Positions 17,576 to 27,646 of a DNA stretch of 64,000 nucleotides are shown here, in pieces (within the stretch, counting starts at the first letter, position 1; each line of letters starts with the position of its first letter). The DNA comes from an uncultured Rhodobacteraceae bacterium (GTDB lineage: Bacteria; Pseudomonadota; Alphaproteobacteria; Rhodobacterales; Rhodobacteraceae). The position numbers and the translations under genes were made by a program. The notes under the pieces were generated by a model, which saw nothing but the letters and a program-made list of their open reading frames with translations, was not told the DNA's origin and made no database searches. Location: positions 192,686 through 256,685 of the forward strand of contig CANMMF010000007.1 in assembly GCA_947498985.1 (NCBI GenBank), given 5' to 3'.

Positions 17576-20500
17576 GCGGGTTCGCGCACCCAGGACGACA
17601 ATAGTTCCATCAGGGCCTTGTGGCGGTTCGGGGCGTCGCCGGTGATCGCTGGCGTGCCGTGAACATGCAGCCTGTCGACGCTTTCCAGCGGCAACGGGCC
17701 GTTCAGCAACGCGTCGTTCCTGACGAGGATCAGCAGCGCCGCCACATCGGCCGAGTGAATCATCGCCCGCACGCGCCGGGCCAGGCCGGTTGTGGCCAGC
17801 GCAATCTCGGTGCCGGAGGCGTCCCATGTCTGCGCGTCACTGGTCAGCACCGCCGCGACGCCCGCATCCTTCAACGCTTTCAGACGCGCCTCTGCCGCGG
17901 TCAACGCAGTGTCGTCACCGACAAACACCTCTACCGGAATGCGGCCGGTGCCGCCGAGCATCCGGTCAAGATAGGCCGGCAGGTTCTGCCGCGAGATCTC
18001 GGCCCCGCCCAGCAGAGGCGAGTAATTCACCTCGTTGATCACCGCGCCGGAGGTGGTCCAGGGCTCGGCGATGTCCTCGGTGATGATGTCGATGCCCGCA
18101 ACCGTCAAGCCCGAGAGCCGCGTCGCGGCAAGCGCGATGCGCAGGTTTTCGGGGTGAACCCGGTCGGAGACATCCTCATCGACACCGCCAAGCGCGGTGC
18201 TTTCGATACGCCGGAGCGCGACGAAGCGTCCCTTCTCGGGCACGTCATCCTCGGTCAGGTCCTGGGCCGCCAGCGATGCCCGGGCAAGCTCATCGATGGG
18301 CTGGATCATCGAGCGGTGCCAGGGCGGGATCGTCTCTTCGGCGGCAAGCTCTGCCGCCACAAGCTGCGCCACCGTTTGACGCCCGTCCCCGTAGACCCCG
18401 ATGGGCAGCCGCTTGACCGCGTAAAGCAACACCCCATGCGCCACAAAGAGCCGGTGGCAGACGCCCTTCGCCTGCGCCTCGACCAGCACCTTGCCTGCCG
18501 GTGAGAGCCCGAGACCGGTCCGGATCGCGCCCTCGAGATCATCGGGCCCGACTTCGACCTGGACCCCTTCGCCGCGTTCCAGATCCGCGGGTTTCACGAC
18601 CACCGGCCAGCCGATCCGCTCTGCCGCGGTGCGCGCGGCATCAAGGCTGCGCACAACTGCATGGTTGGGCACCGGCAGGCCTGCGCTGCGCAGCAAGCCG
18701 GCGGTGACATCCTTGTGGCCGGTCAGCTTGGTGCCCAGTGCCGAATCGCCCGTGGTCGTGCTGGCCGAGATCGTGCGCGCGGCCGCCCCCCAGCCCAGCT
18801 GGTAGACGCCCATGCCCAGATGGGCGAAGGGGATCTCTTTGCGGTAGGCCGCGTGCAACACGCGCAATGTCGATATGTTGACGCGGCTGTCCTGCGCGAT
18901 CCGCGGCACCGACCGCGTGATCATCGTCGCCCAGACCCGTTCGCGATTGGCAGGCTCCGGCGGGTTGGCATTGAGAAAGCGCAGATGCATGTCCGCCTCG
19001 TCGAGCGCGTTGCGGATCACCCCGGACCTGAAATGCTCCATCAGCGGCATTTCGAACGCCACATCGCAGACGCTTTTGTCATCCTCGCGCCTCCGGAACC
19101 GGATGAGCCGGATCGGATCGAAGCACGGGATGTAGCTGCGCAGCAGCAGGGCGCGGGTGACCATCAGCACATATCCCAGCCAGACCTCGGCATCGGAGGC
19201 GGCCTTGGACGGGCTGGGCAGATCGTCGGCGGCGGGGCAGGGCAGCACGTCGTCTTTCAGGTAAGGATCCCACAGCGCCAGCGTCGCGGCCGAGACCGCG
19301 GACGGGATCTTGAAGGTCAGCGACATGGCGCGCCGGATCTGCCGTGACGGTCCCTTGCTCTTCAGCGGTCGCGCGGCGTGGCGCGCCGCCTGCACCTCGA
19401 CCGGCCTGCGCCCGGTGTCTTGCGGCTGCAGTATAAGGTCGCGCAATTCGGAGCGGATCAGCTTGCCCTGCGCGTTGCGCGGCAGCGCGGCGGTGATCAC
19501 CACCTGGCGCGGTCCGCGCTGCCCCAGCGTATGGCGCGCAAATGCCAAGAGCTCCTCCGGCGTCGCGAAATCCCCGTCTTTCAGAGAGACCAGACAGACC
19601 GGAACAGCCTGATGCACGGCATGTTCGAGGGGAAACGCGGCAACTTCGTTCACCGCCGGATGCCGCGCCATCACATGCTCGATCTCGGTGGGATAGATGT
19701 TGATGCCGTCGAGGATCATCATCTGGTCCGCGCGCCCGCAATGGACCATCTGCCCGTCATCGGACCATTTGGCCAGATCGCCGGGATAGAACCAGTCGCC
19801 GCGGAACCGCTCCGACCGGGCGCCGCCGACATAGCCGGTGATCTGGCCGGGATCCTTGATCCGGATCCGTCCCACCTCGCCCGGCCCCAGCGGCTGGTCG
19901 TCATCGTCCACGATCTCGAGCGTGGCGGGGGGCTGCGGCCGGCCCACCGTGTCGGCGACTTTCGGCAGATCCTCGGGCTGAGCAAATGTCAGCGTGCCGA
20001 CCTCGTTTGCGCCGTAATTGATGCTCAGCCTGGCCTTGAGGCGGTTGCGCAGATCGGCGCGCAGGGTCTCGCTTACCGGGGAGGCGCCAATCGACACCTT
20101 TCGAATGCCCGAGAGATCAATACCGGGATGGGTTTCGGACTGCTGCAGCATAAGATGCGCATGCAACACCGTCAGGTGCAGGAAATCCGGCTCTGCCGCG
20201 ACGATGGCGGGCAGAAGGTCCGTTTTCTGATCCCAGACGACGCAGGTGGCACCGGTCATGACCGAGCTCAGGAACCGGTCCGTCGGGGTTGCGAAAAAGA
20301 GCGGCGAGACCAGCATGAAGCGCTGCCCCTCGCGCAGGTCGAATATCCGGCGCAGCTTCTCCTGCCGGGCTTTCAGCATTGCATGTGTGAGCGGCATCAG
20401 CAGCGGTTTGCCGGTGGTGCCCGAGCCTGCGATGATCTTGCCGAAATGCGCAGGCGCTTCGTCGATCAGGGCGGCATCCGGCTGCCCGGCTGGCAGGGCG

Positions 20501-20880
20501 GATGTATCAAAGTGGATGTGGTCGACCCCGGCGACGGCCTTTTTGGCATCCGACACGACCAGAAAGCGCGGCGCGGCCTCTGCCAGAAGCTCGTGGAGCT
20601 GCGTTTCCGTCAGGCTGGGCGAGATGACAAGCGGCGTTGCACCCAACCGGATGCCCGCAATCAGCATCACTGCCAGGTCGGTCTGCGTGTCGAGCCGCAG
20701 GGCCAGCACGTCGCCGGGAGCCGTGCCGCTTTCCGCCAGAACGCGCGCCGCCGCCCAGCAGGCGCTGTCGAGCTGCGCAAAGGTCATCCGGTGCGCCCCG
20801 ATGACGAGCGCGGGCGCCTCCGGCGTGCGCTCTGCGGCCCGGACAAGCTGGGAGGTGATGTTGCCGTGAAACTCTGTCAT
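17572..20880 (-). CDS. fusion protein: N-terminal ANL (acyl/aryl-CoA synthetase-like) adenylating domain plus cyanophycin-synthetase-like N domain and ATP-grasp domain with a degenerate tail, 1102 aa
   Basis: aa 1-485 carry the ANL core motifs AGSGTTGKP, YGANEVG, GDLAKWSDDGQMVHCGRADQMMILDGINIYPTEIE and PRNAQGKLIRSEL. aa ~515-975 are colinear with CphA N+G domains (STLRVLHAAYRKEIPF, GWPVVVKPADLERGEGV, CHRLFVAHG, HPENLRIALAATRLSGLTVAGIDIITEDI, GAVINEVNYSPL). The tail GRIPVEVFVGDDTA lacks a P-loop. Confidence 0.85.
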   Translation of the reverse strand: MTEFHGNITSQLVRAAERTPEAPALVIGAHRMTFAQLDSACWAAARVLAESGTAPGDVLALRLDTQTDLAVMLIAGIRLGATPLVISPSLTETQLHELLAEAAPRFLVVSDAKKAVAGVDHIHFDTSALPAGQPDAALIDEAPAHFGKIIAGSGTTGKPLLMPLTHAMLKARQEKLRRIFDLREGQRFMLVSPLFFATPTDRFLSSVMTGATCVVWDQKTDLLPAIVAAEPDFLHLTVLHAHLMLQQSETHPGIDLSGIRKVSIGASPVSETLRADLRNRLKARLSINYGANEVGTLTFAQPEDLPKVADTVGRPQPPATLEIVDDDDQPLGPGEVGRIRIKDPGQITGYVGGARSERFRGDWFYPGDLAKWSDDGQMVHCGRADQMMILDGINIYPTEIEHVMARHPAVNEVAAFPLEHAVHQAVPVCLVSLKDGDFATPEELLAFARHTLGQRGPRQVVITAALPRNAQGKLIRSELRDLILQPQDTGRRPVEVQAARHAARPLKSKGPSRQIRRAMSLTFKIPSAVSAATLALWDPYLKDDVLPCPAADDLPSPSKAASDAEVWLGYVLMVTRALLLRSYIPCFDPIRLIRFRRREDDKSVCDVAFEMPLMEHFRSGVIRNALDEADMHLRFLNANPPEPANRERVWATMITRSVPRIAQDSRVNISTLRVLHAAYRKEIPFAHLGMGVYQLGWGAAARTISASTTTGDSALGTKLTGHKDVTAGLLRSAGLPVPNHAVVRSLDAARTAAERIGWPVVVKPADLERGEGVQVEVGPDDLEGAIRTGLGLSPAGKVLVEAQAKGVCHRLFVAHGVLLYAVKRLPIGVYGDGRQTVAQLVAAELAAEETIPPWHRSMIQPIDELARASLAAQDLTEDDVPEKGRFVALRRIESTALGGVDEDVSDRVHPENLRIALAATRLSGLTVAGIDIITEDIAEPWTTSGAVINEVNYSPLLGGAEISRQNLPAYLDRMLGGTGRIPVEVFVGDDTALTAAEARLKALKDAGVAAVLTSDAQTWDASGTEIALATTGLARRVRAMIHSADVAALLILVRNDALLNGPLPLESVDRLHVHGTPAITGDAPNRHKALMELLSSWVREPA

Positions 20881-21098
20881 CTGAAAAACACCAATAACGT
20901 TTGACTCAATTTACTCTGGAACACTGTCAAAAATTTGCCGCCGCAGGGTGGGGCGTGGACCATTCTATGGCTTCTATCGGGCAGGCGGCCGCGAAATGGT
21001 GGCATTTGCCGGACGGGTCCTGCAAGCGCGAATGCGCGGCGGACCGTGGGGCGGTCAGGCATCCGGCACCCATTTGGCGCGCGTGACGCCCGCAATGG

Positions 21099-23075
21099 TC
21101 ATGGACTCCGCTCGTCAAGGACCGGATCGTCTGCCAGCGCCCGGGCCACCACGAACGCGATGGCCAGAGGAGCGCCCTCAATGCCATCGTAAGGCGCGTT
21201 TTCCGGACGCGGATCTTCGCCCGGGGGTTTCCAGAGAACGGTCTGGCCCTCCGATGGCTGCACGGCGCTGACAGCCTGAACGGTGCGCCCCCGGATGTCG
21301 TCGGTCAGGCAGACAAGCTGCGGACCGCGCCGCTCGCCGGACCGCAGCAGATCGAGGTCAGTGTCGGAGACGATGGCCGTGGATGCCGCGCGCCCGAGGC
21401 AGATCAGCGCGTCGCGTCCGGCGGCACTCAGCCTGCCCGTGGCCACAACCACATCGACCCGGTCGACGCCGAGGCCCTGCTCCAGGACCTCTTCGGGCGT
21501 GAGCGACAGGATCGCGCATTCGGTACGCGGGTTGGTCAATGCGATCCGGGTTCTGCGCGGCGCGGTTGCCGATGCCCCGGCGGAGAGAGGAACCCCGGCA
21601 ACAATCACGTCGCCCGGGACCGACAGGGCCAAGCCGCGCATGTTGCCCGCAAGACTTGCAGCCAGCGCCTGTGCGATATCGGGCGTGTCGGACAGACAGA
21701 CCACGGTCGGCACGCGCCCCTTGCGGGGCCCCGGAAAAAACCGGCCGATGACCCTGTCCTCGATGAAGAATTCGGCCTCCGCCTGCATGAAGCCCGGTGT
21801 CGGGTTCACCTCGATCAGCGCGCCGCCGTTTTCGGTGAGCGGGCGGGTGATGTCCTTCGACTGAACGTCGATGCCCGCAAGGTCGAGACCAAAGACATCC
21901 GCCGCCATCTCCACGATGGCCCGGTTCGCCTCGTGCACCTGATCGGTCACGTTCTCGATTGTTCCGCCCTGAGACAGGTTGGTGTTGGTGCGCAACAGCA
22001 CCGCCTGACCGCGCTCCGGCACGCTCTCCAGATCGAGGCCCGCGCGTTCCAGCGTATGCACCAGCCCAGCATCCACCTTGATCTTCTTCCAGTCGAGGCT
22101 GAGATGATCGGTTCGGGTGGCGTTGGCCTGCTCGATAAGCTCTGCCACCTTGTGCTTGCCGTCCCCCACAACCTGCGCCGCTTTCTGGCGCACCGCCGAG
22201 ATGCATTTGCCGTCATGCACAAGCAGCCGGTGGCCGTCCCCCTCCACATGTTTCATCACCAGCACTTCACCGTGTTTCTGCGCCAGCTCGAAGGCTTTGG
22301 TCACGGTGTCGCGGTCTCGGATATTGGTGGTGATGCCGATGCCGAAATCGGTCCGCGTGGGTTTGATCACCACCGGCCAGCCGATGCTTTCGGCGATTGC
22401 AAGCGCGTGCGCCGCGTCCCGCGCAAGCGCCTGTTGCGGCACCGGAAGCCCCGCGTCATGCAGCATCGCACCGGATGTGTGTTTGGGCGTGCTGAACACG
22501 ACGCCGATCTCCGAGGTTTCGGGCGTCATGTTGCGCCAGAAGAGCCGGCGCTTGCGTCCCTGTCCCAAGGCCATCAGCGGCATGGTGGAACCGGAGATGA
22601 ACTGCCACGGAATGTCCTGGCGCAGCGCAACCCGGGTCGAATAATGGGCCATGCGCGGCTGCCAGAGATCGGTCAGGCGGGTCAGGATCGCCTGCGCCTT
22701 GGCGGCGTCAACCTCCCTGCCCGCAGGAGGGGTGAAGAGCGTGACAAGCGTCCGCAGGATGTCCCGCCCCAGCCCGAGCGTCAGACATTCAAACCCCTTG
22801 CGCGCGGCGGATCCGTTTTCGGCCACGGCGATCACGCGCATATCCGCTACGCCAAGTCCGGTCTGCATGTGAACCGCAAACCGCGCAAGAACCTCACCGG
22901 CATCGTCCCCGCCATCTGCATCGAAGGGCGCCTCGGCCGTTCCATAAAGCAGGCCAAAGAGATGCCGGGCCTGCCTGGGGATGTCCTGCCCGCCCGCCTC
23001 GATCTCCCGGAACAGGATCACCGGGCGCGTCGCAAACCGGTTTGTCGCCTCGAACATCTGTGGGGTTACGCGCAT
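21099..23075 (-). CDS. cyanophycin-synthetase-like protein (N domain plus ATP-grasp domain, inactivated and truncated Mur-ligase-like tail), 658 aa
   Basis: ATP-grasp motifs GWPVVIKPTRTDFGIGI, GHRLLVHDGK, GGTIENVTDQVHEANRAIVEMAADVFGLDLAGIDV and GALIEVNPTPGF. The following segment, GRVPTVVCLSDTPDIAQALAASL ... ECAILSLTPEEVLEQGLGVDRVDVVVATG, is colinear with the CphA M domain but has no GxxGKT P-loop. Confidence 0.85.
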   Translation of the reverse strand: MRVTPQMFEATNRFATRPVILFREIEAGGQDIPRQARHLFGLLYGTAEAPFDADGGDDAGEVLARFAVHMQTGLGVADMRVIAVAENGSAARKGFECLTLGLGRDILRTLVTLFTPPAGREVDAAKAQAILTRLTDLWQPRMAHYSTRVALRQDIPWQFISGSTMPLMALGQGRKRRLFWRNMTPETSEIGVVFSTPKHTSGAMLHDAGLPVPQQALARDAAHALAIAESIGWPVVIKPTRTDFGIGITTNIRDRDTVTKAFELAQKHGEVLVMKHVEGDGHRLLVHDGKCISAVRQKAAQVVGDGKHKVAELIEQANATRTDHLSLDWKKIKVDAGLVHTLERAGLDLESVPERGQAVLLRTNTNLSQGGTIENVTDQVHEANRAIVEMAADVFGLDLAGIDVQSKDITRPLTENGGALIEVNPTPGFMQAEAEFFIEDRVIGRFFPGPRKGRVPTVVCLSDTPDIAQALAASLAGNMRGLALSVPGDVIVAGVPLSAGASATAPRRTRIALTNPRTECAILSLTPEEVLEQGLGVDRVDVVVATGRLSAAGRDALICLGRAASTAIVSDTDLDLLRSGERRGPQLVCLTDDIRGRTVQAVSAVQPSEGQTVLWKPPGEDPRPENAPYDGIEGAPLAIAFVVARALADDPVLDERSP

Positions 23076-23078
23076 GGC

Positions 23079-23312
23079 TCACCGATTCTGCGCGCTGCGG
23101 CCAAAGGTGTCGTCAAAGCCTTGCTCCCTTGTCACGGCAGGCGAATGCCCGGGGGGTCTCGGGGTGCCGTTCAGCCGCCAGACCGCCCGATCCCACACAA
23201 ATTGCGGGAAAAGCGCTTGAAAGGGAAGATGCCCGGAAAAGAGCATGTGCGGCGCGGTGTGTTTCGGTATCGCGCTGGTCGGCGCTCCGGGGAGTGTCGT
23301 GGCCATCGGCAC
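23079..23312 (-). CDS. possible small ORF (75-77 aa) stop-start coupled to the CphA-like gene
   Basis: GTG 23312 or ATG 23306. The TGA stop lies 3 nt before the ATG of the 658-aa gene. Third-position GC is moderately coding-like (about three quarters by my count). No recognisable family or RBS. Confidence 0.3.
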   Translation of the reverse strand: MPMATTLPGAPTSAIPKHTAPHMLFSGHLPFQALFPQFVWDRAVWRLNGTPRPPGHSPAVTREQGFDDTFGRSAQNR

Positions 23313-23363
23313 TCAAAGCGCCGGGCCGTCCTGTCGCGCCCGCCCAGACCGGGCCGAACCCCT

Positions 23364-25025
23364 TCAAGGCGAATAGGGAACATCCGCGCGCAGGATCAGC
23401 GGCCAGGGGGTTGTCTCCTCGTCCAGATCGACCTGCACTTCGATCAGGGTCGGCACATCCTCGGCGATTGCCCGTTCCAGAACCGGGCCCAGCTCTGCAG
23501 GTGAGGCGACCCGGTGCGCACTCACGCCATTCGCGTCGGCCAGTTTCACATAGTCGACGCCGGGCAGATCGCTGGCGATGGTTCGGCCCGCGAAGTTGGT
23601 CTCCTGATCCCGCGCGACATTGCCGTAGGCCTGATTGTTGAACACGATCGCAATCACGCCGATGCCGTGCTGCGCCGCGGTCGACAGCTCGGAGGCGGCA
23701 AACATGAAGCCGCCATCGCCGAGAATGGCAACCACCGGCGTCTTCGGGCACCCGACCTTGGCGCCAAGCGCTGTCGGATAGGCAAAGCCCAGGTTCCCCT
23801 GGTAGCCGGAGGTGATGTAGGTCCGCGGCTCGTAGACCGGCCACGCGAAATAGGAGGTATATCCGGCCTGGCACATGTCCTTCACGAGGATGCCGTCGCG
23901 GGGCAGGGCCTTTCGGATGACCTCGAGATAAGAGACCTGCGGCTGGATCCGGCTGACCTGCTCGGCGGCCCTGTCGCGCGCCGCTGCGATCCGCGCACGG
24001 TTGCCCGTTATCGCGAAGTCATCACCCGCAAGAGCCTCGCTGATGGCCGCGCTGCCCGTCGCGGCATCGCAGATGAGACCGGCATCGGGTTTCAGCCTCA
24101 GCATCTCTTCTGGGTCGATCTCGATCCGGATCAGCTTGCGCGGCGCGGTGAGGCGGTCGGAGGCATCCATCATGCCGCGCCACCGCATCGCCTGCATTTC
24201 GCATCGCGACCCGATGCCGATCAGGACGTCGGTGTCGCGCCACAACTCAAACGCCTCCACCGAACTGACGCAAAGCGGGTGGTCCGCCGGGACTATGCCG
24301 CGCCCGCCGCGAAACGCCGTCACCGGCGCGTCGAGCCGTTCCGCCAGCGCGATCACTTCGGACCGCGCGTGCTGCGCGCCCGAGCCGAGCATGATCATCG
24401 GGCATGTCGCGCCTTTCAGCAGCGCCGCCACCTGCGCGATGGCGGACGGATCGGGCGGGGTGTCTTGCGCGGGCCATGCCGCCTCGCTTTCGGGAACCGG
24501 CGCTGGCTGGGCCATGGTGTCCCAGCACATCTCCAGTGCCACGGGACCGGGCCGCCCGCTTGTCATCCTGTGGAACGCCTCATCGACGAGGCGGCGTGCG
24601 GACGTGGCGTTGGGAATGCGTTCGGCCCATTTGATGAACGAGGCCAGCGTCGCGCGCTGGTCGGGGATTTCGTGAAGATGCCCGCGTCCGCGTCCCAGAA
24701 AGGCCGAGGGCACCTGGCCCGTGAGCAACAGCACCGGCGCGTTCACGGCGACGGCCGTGCAAAGCGCCGCACCCGCATTCAGCACACCCGGGCCGGGGAC
24801 CACCGAAAAGACCCCGGGCCGACCGGTGGCCCGCGCATACCCCATGGCCATGTAGGCGGCGGTTTGCTCGTGCCGGGGGCCGATCACGCGGATCGTGGCC
24901 TCTGTCGTCTTGAGCGCGTCCATCAGAGGATAGGTCTGCACCCCCGGCAGCGCAAAGACCGTATCGACGCCATGGGCTGAAATCGCGTCGACAATGGCTG
25001 CACCGCCGGTCAGTGTTTTTGTCAT
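23364..25025 (-). CDS. thiamine-diphosphate-dependent enzyme (acetolactate synthase large subunit / 2-oxoacid decarboxylase superfamily), 553 aa
   Basis: N-terminal Pyr domain (RHEQTAAYMAMGYARATGRPGV) and C-terminal PP domain with GDGGF...NN (ILGDGGFMFAASELSTAAQHGIGVIAIVFNNQAYG). The GRGRGHLHEIPDQ loop resembles the AruI-like (5-guanidino-2-oxopentanoate decarboxylase) subgroup as I recall it; that subgroup assignment is weak. Confidence 0.85.
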   Translation of the reverse strand: MTKTLTGGAAIVDAISAHGVDTVFALPGVQTYPLMDALKTTEATIRVIGPRHEQTAAYMAMGYARATGRPGVFSVVPGPGVLNAGAALCTAVAVNAPVLLLTGQVPSAFLGRGRGHLHEIPDQRATLASFIKWAERIPNATSARRLVDEAFHRMTSGRPGPVALEMCWDTMAQPAPVPESEAAWPAQDTPPDPSAIAQVAALLKGATCPMIMLGSGAQHARSEVIALAERLDAPVTAFRGGRGIVPADHPLCVSSVEAFELWRDTDVLIGIGSRCEMQAMRWRGMMDASDRLTAPRKLIRIEIDPEEMLRLKPDAGLICDAATGSAAISEALAGDDFAITGNRARIAAARDRAAEQVSRIQPQVSYLEVIRKALPRDGILVKDMCQAGYTSYFAWPVYEPRTYITSGYQGNLGFAYPTALGAKVGCPKTPVVAILGDGGFMFAASELSTAAQHGIGVIAIVFNNQAYGNVARDQETNFAGRTIASDLPGVDYVKLADANGVSAHRVASPAELGPVLERAIAEDVPTLIEVQVDLDEETTPWPLILRADVPYSP

Positions 25026-25208
25026 TGGTCTCTCTCAATCGCTTTGGCTGGGTTGGGTTATCCAAATGCGCAAACCTAATCCGCCGGATCGAGATCGCAC
25101 AACTCTTTCCTGAGGACCGGAGCGCGGGTCAGCCCCGGCCTCTGGCCCGCGGCAGGCATGTGGGCAAAAAGCTGCGGTTCGGCAGAACGAGGCCAAGGCC
25201 CCTGGTGA

Positions 25209-25427
25209 TCAGCCCTTTGCCTTGGCTTCGAGCGCCCGCTCCGTGGTCCAGATCGACTCCGCACCACCCCAATGCCCGCTTTTGACCTCATGCACGCGGA
25301 CGGAGGTCATCTGCTGCATCGTCGTCCCGGCCACCTCGCCAAAGGCCTTGGCGGTTCCGGCGATTATCCGGGCCTTCTCTTCGTCGGAGAAGACCCCCTC
25401 CAGAACATGAATGTCGATCAACGGCAT
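25209..25427 (-). CDS. 4-oxalocrotonate tautomerase family protein, 72 aa
   Basis: MPLIDIHVLEGVFSDEEKARII... has catalytic Pro1 after Met removal and the typical 4-OT length and beta-alpha-beta pattern. Confidence 0.85.
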   Translation of the reverse strand: MPLIDIHVLEGVFSDEEKARIIAGTAKAFGEVAGTTMQQMTSVRVHEVKSGHWGGAESIWTTERALEAKAKG

Positions 25428-25543
25428 GCTCGCAACTCCAGATTGCCAGGACTGATTTTCACGATGGTCACACCCTTACCACGCGGCCCGAAGCACGTCA
25501 GCACCGGGCCCCAAAACCGCGCCTGACGGTGACGCAACCCCAG

Positions 25544-26241
25544 CTAGATCGCGGTGCGCAGCTGGTAGCCCGGGGCGAAGAGCAGACGCACTTTTGTGAC
25601 CGAAGACGCGTTGTCCCAGGTCACCCGGTCAATGGCGAACAACGCGCTTTGCGGTGGCACGCCCAGCGTCTCGGCGTCGCTGACCGTCGCCTGAACGGCA
25701 GAAAACCCGATATCGCCATGGGTATAGGGCGCGTGTTTCATCAGCCATTCGTTGGCGCTCACGGCCTCGAACCCTTCGGACCGGGCGCTGTGCACCACGT
25801 CTGTGTTGATCCACCTGTCCTCAATTGCATAGGGCGCATCATCGGCGAGGTGCAGCGCGCGCACATGCAGCAGCTTTGCGGCGGCGCGGGTTTTCATCGC
25901 GCCGCTGATGCTGGCGGGCGGCACGCGCTCGGCGCGTTCGATGAGCAGGTACCCGTATGTCGCCCCGTGCTCCTCCACCTCGTGGCGGATCACGGCGATG
26001 TTCAGGGTGGCCCTGGCCACCGGTTGCGCGGCCACGCGCGTGCCCGCCTTGCGCTTGCGGTCCAGCACGCCGCTTTCCGCCAGAGACCTCAGCGCGCGGT
26101 TCACGGTGGAGCGGGCGCAACCGAATTCGACGGCCAGATCCGCCTCGTTCGGGATCAGATCGCCGGGCGCCCATTCGCGTGCGTGAATGCGCCGCCGCAC
26201 CTCTTCCCGAACACTTTGCCAGTTGCGAAAGGTTGGCGTGT

Positions 26242-26245
<4 letters not shown>
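25544..26245 (-). CDS. hutC: histidine utilization repressor, GntR/HutC family
   Basis: Trimmed to ATG 26245, overlapping the hutF stop (ATGA). Winged-helix region LIPNEADLAVEFGCARSTVNRALRSLAESGVL plus a UTRA-like C-terminal domain. Confidence 0.88.
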
Positions 26246-27606
<1,361 letters not shown>

Positions 27607-27617
27607 CGTCGCTCCGC

Positions 27618-27646
27618 TTGACAGAATAATATGTGTGCACATAAAA
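27618..27646. promoter_or_regulatory. hutF/hutI divergent control region (promoter-like hexamers and a palindrome)
   Basis: The 73-bp AT-rich gap contains TTGACA (27618-27623), a 17-nt spacer, then ATAAAA. The spacer carries the palindrome TGTGCACA (27634-27641), a plausible HutC operator position. Confidence 0.4.

Noticed and set aside
17040-17604. Track ORFs inside the napF upstream gap (for example 17040-17324 minus, 17211-17471 plus, 17236-17604 plus).
   Set aside because: Arg/Pro/Gly-rich translations with no family resemblance and no RBS. They overlap the FNR-type promoter and leader and are most likely non-coding.
20877-21187. Small minus-strand ORFs in or overlapping the gap between the two CphA-like genes (20877-21095 and 20927-21187), considered as possible precursor peptides.
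   Set aside because: One overlaps the 3' end of the 658-aa gene out of frame, and the other runs through the AT-rich promoter-like segment into the ANL start. The translations are Arg/Pro-rich, with no RBS.
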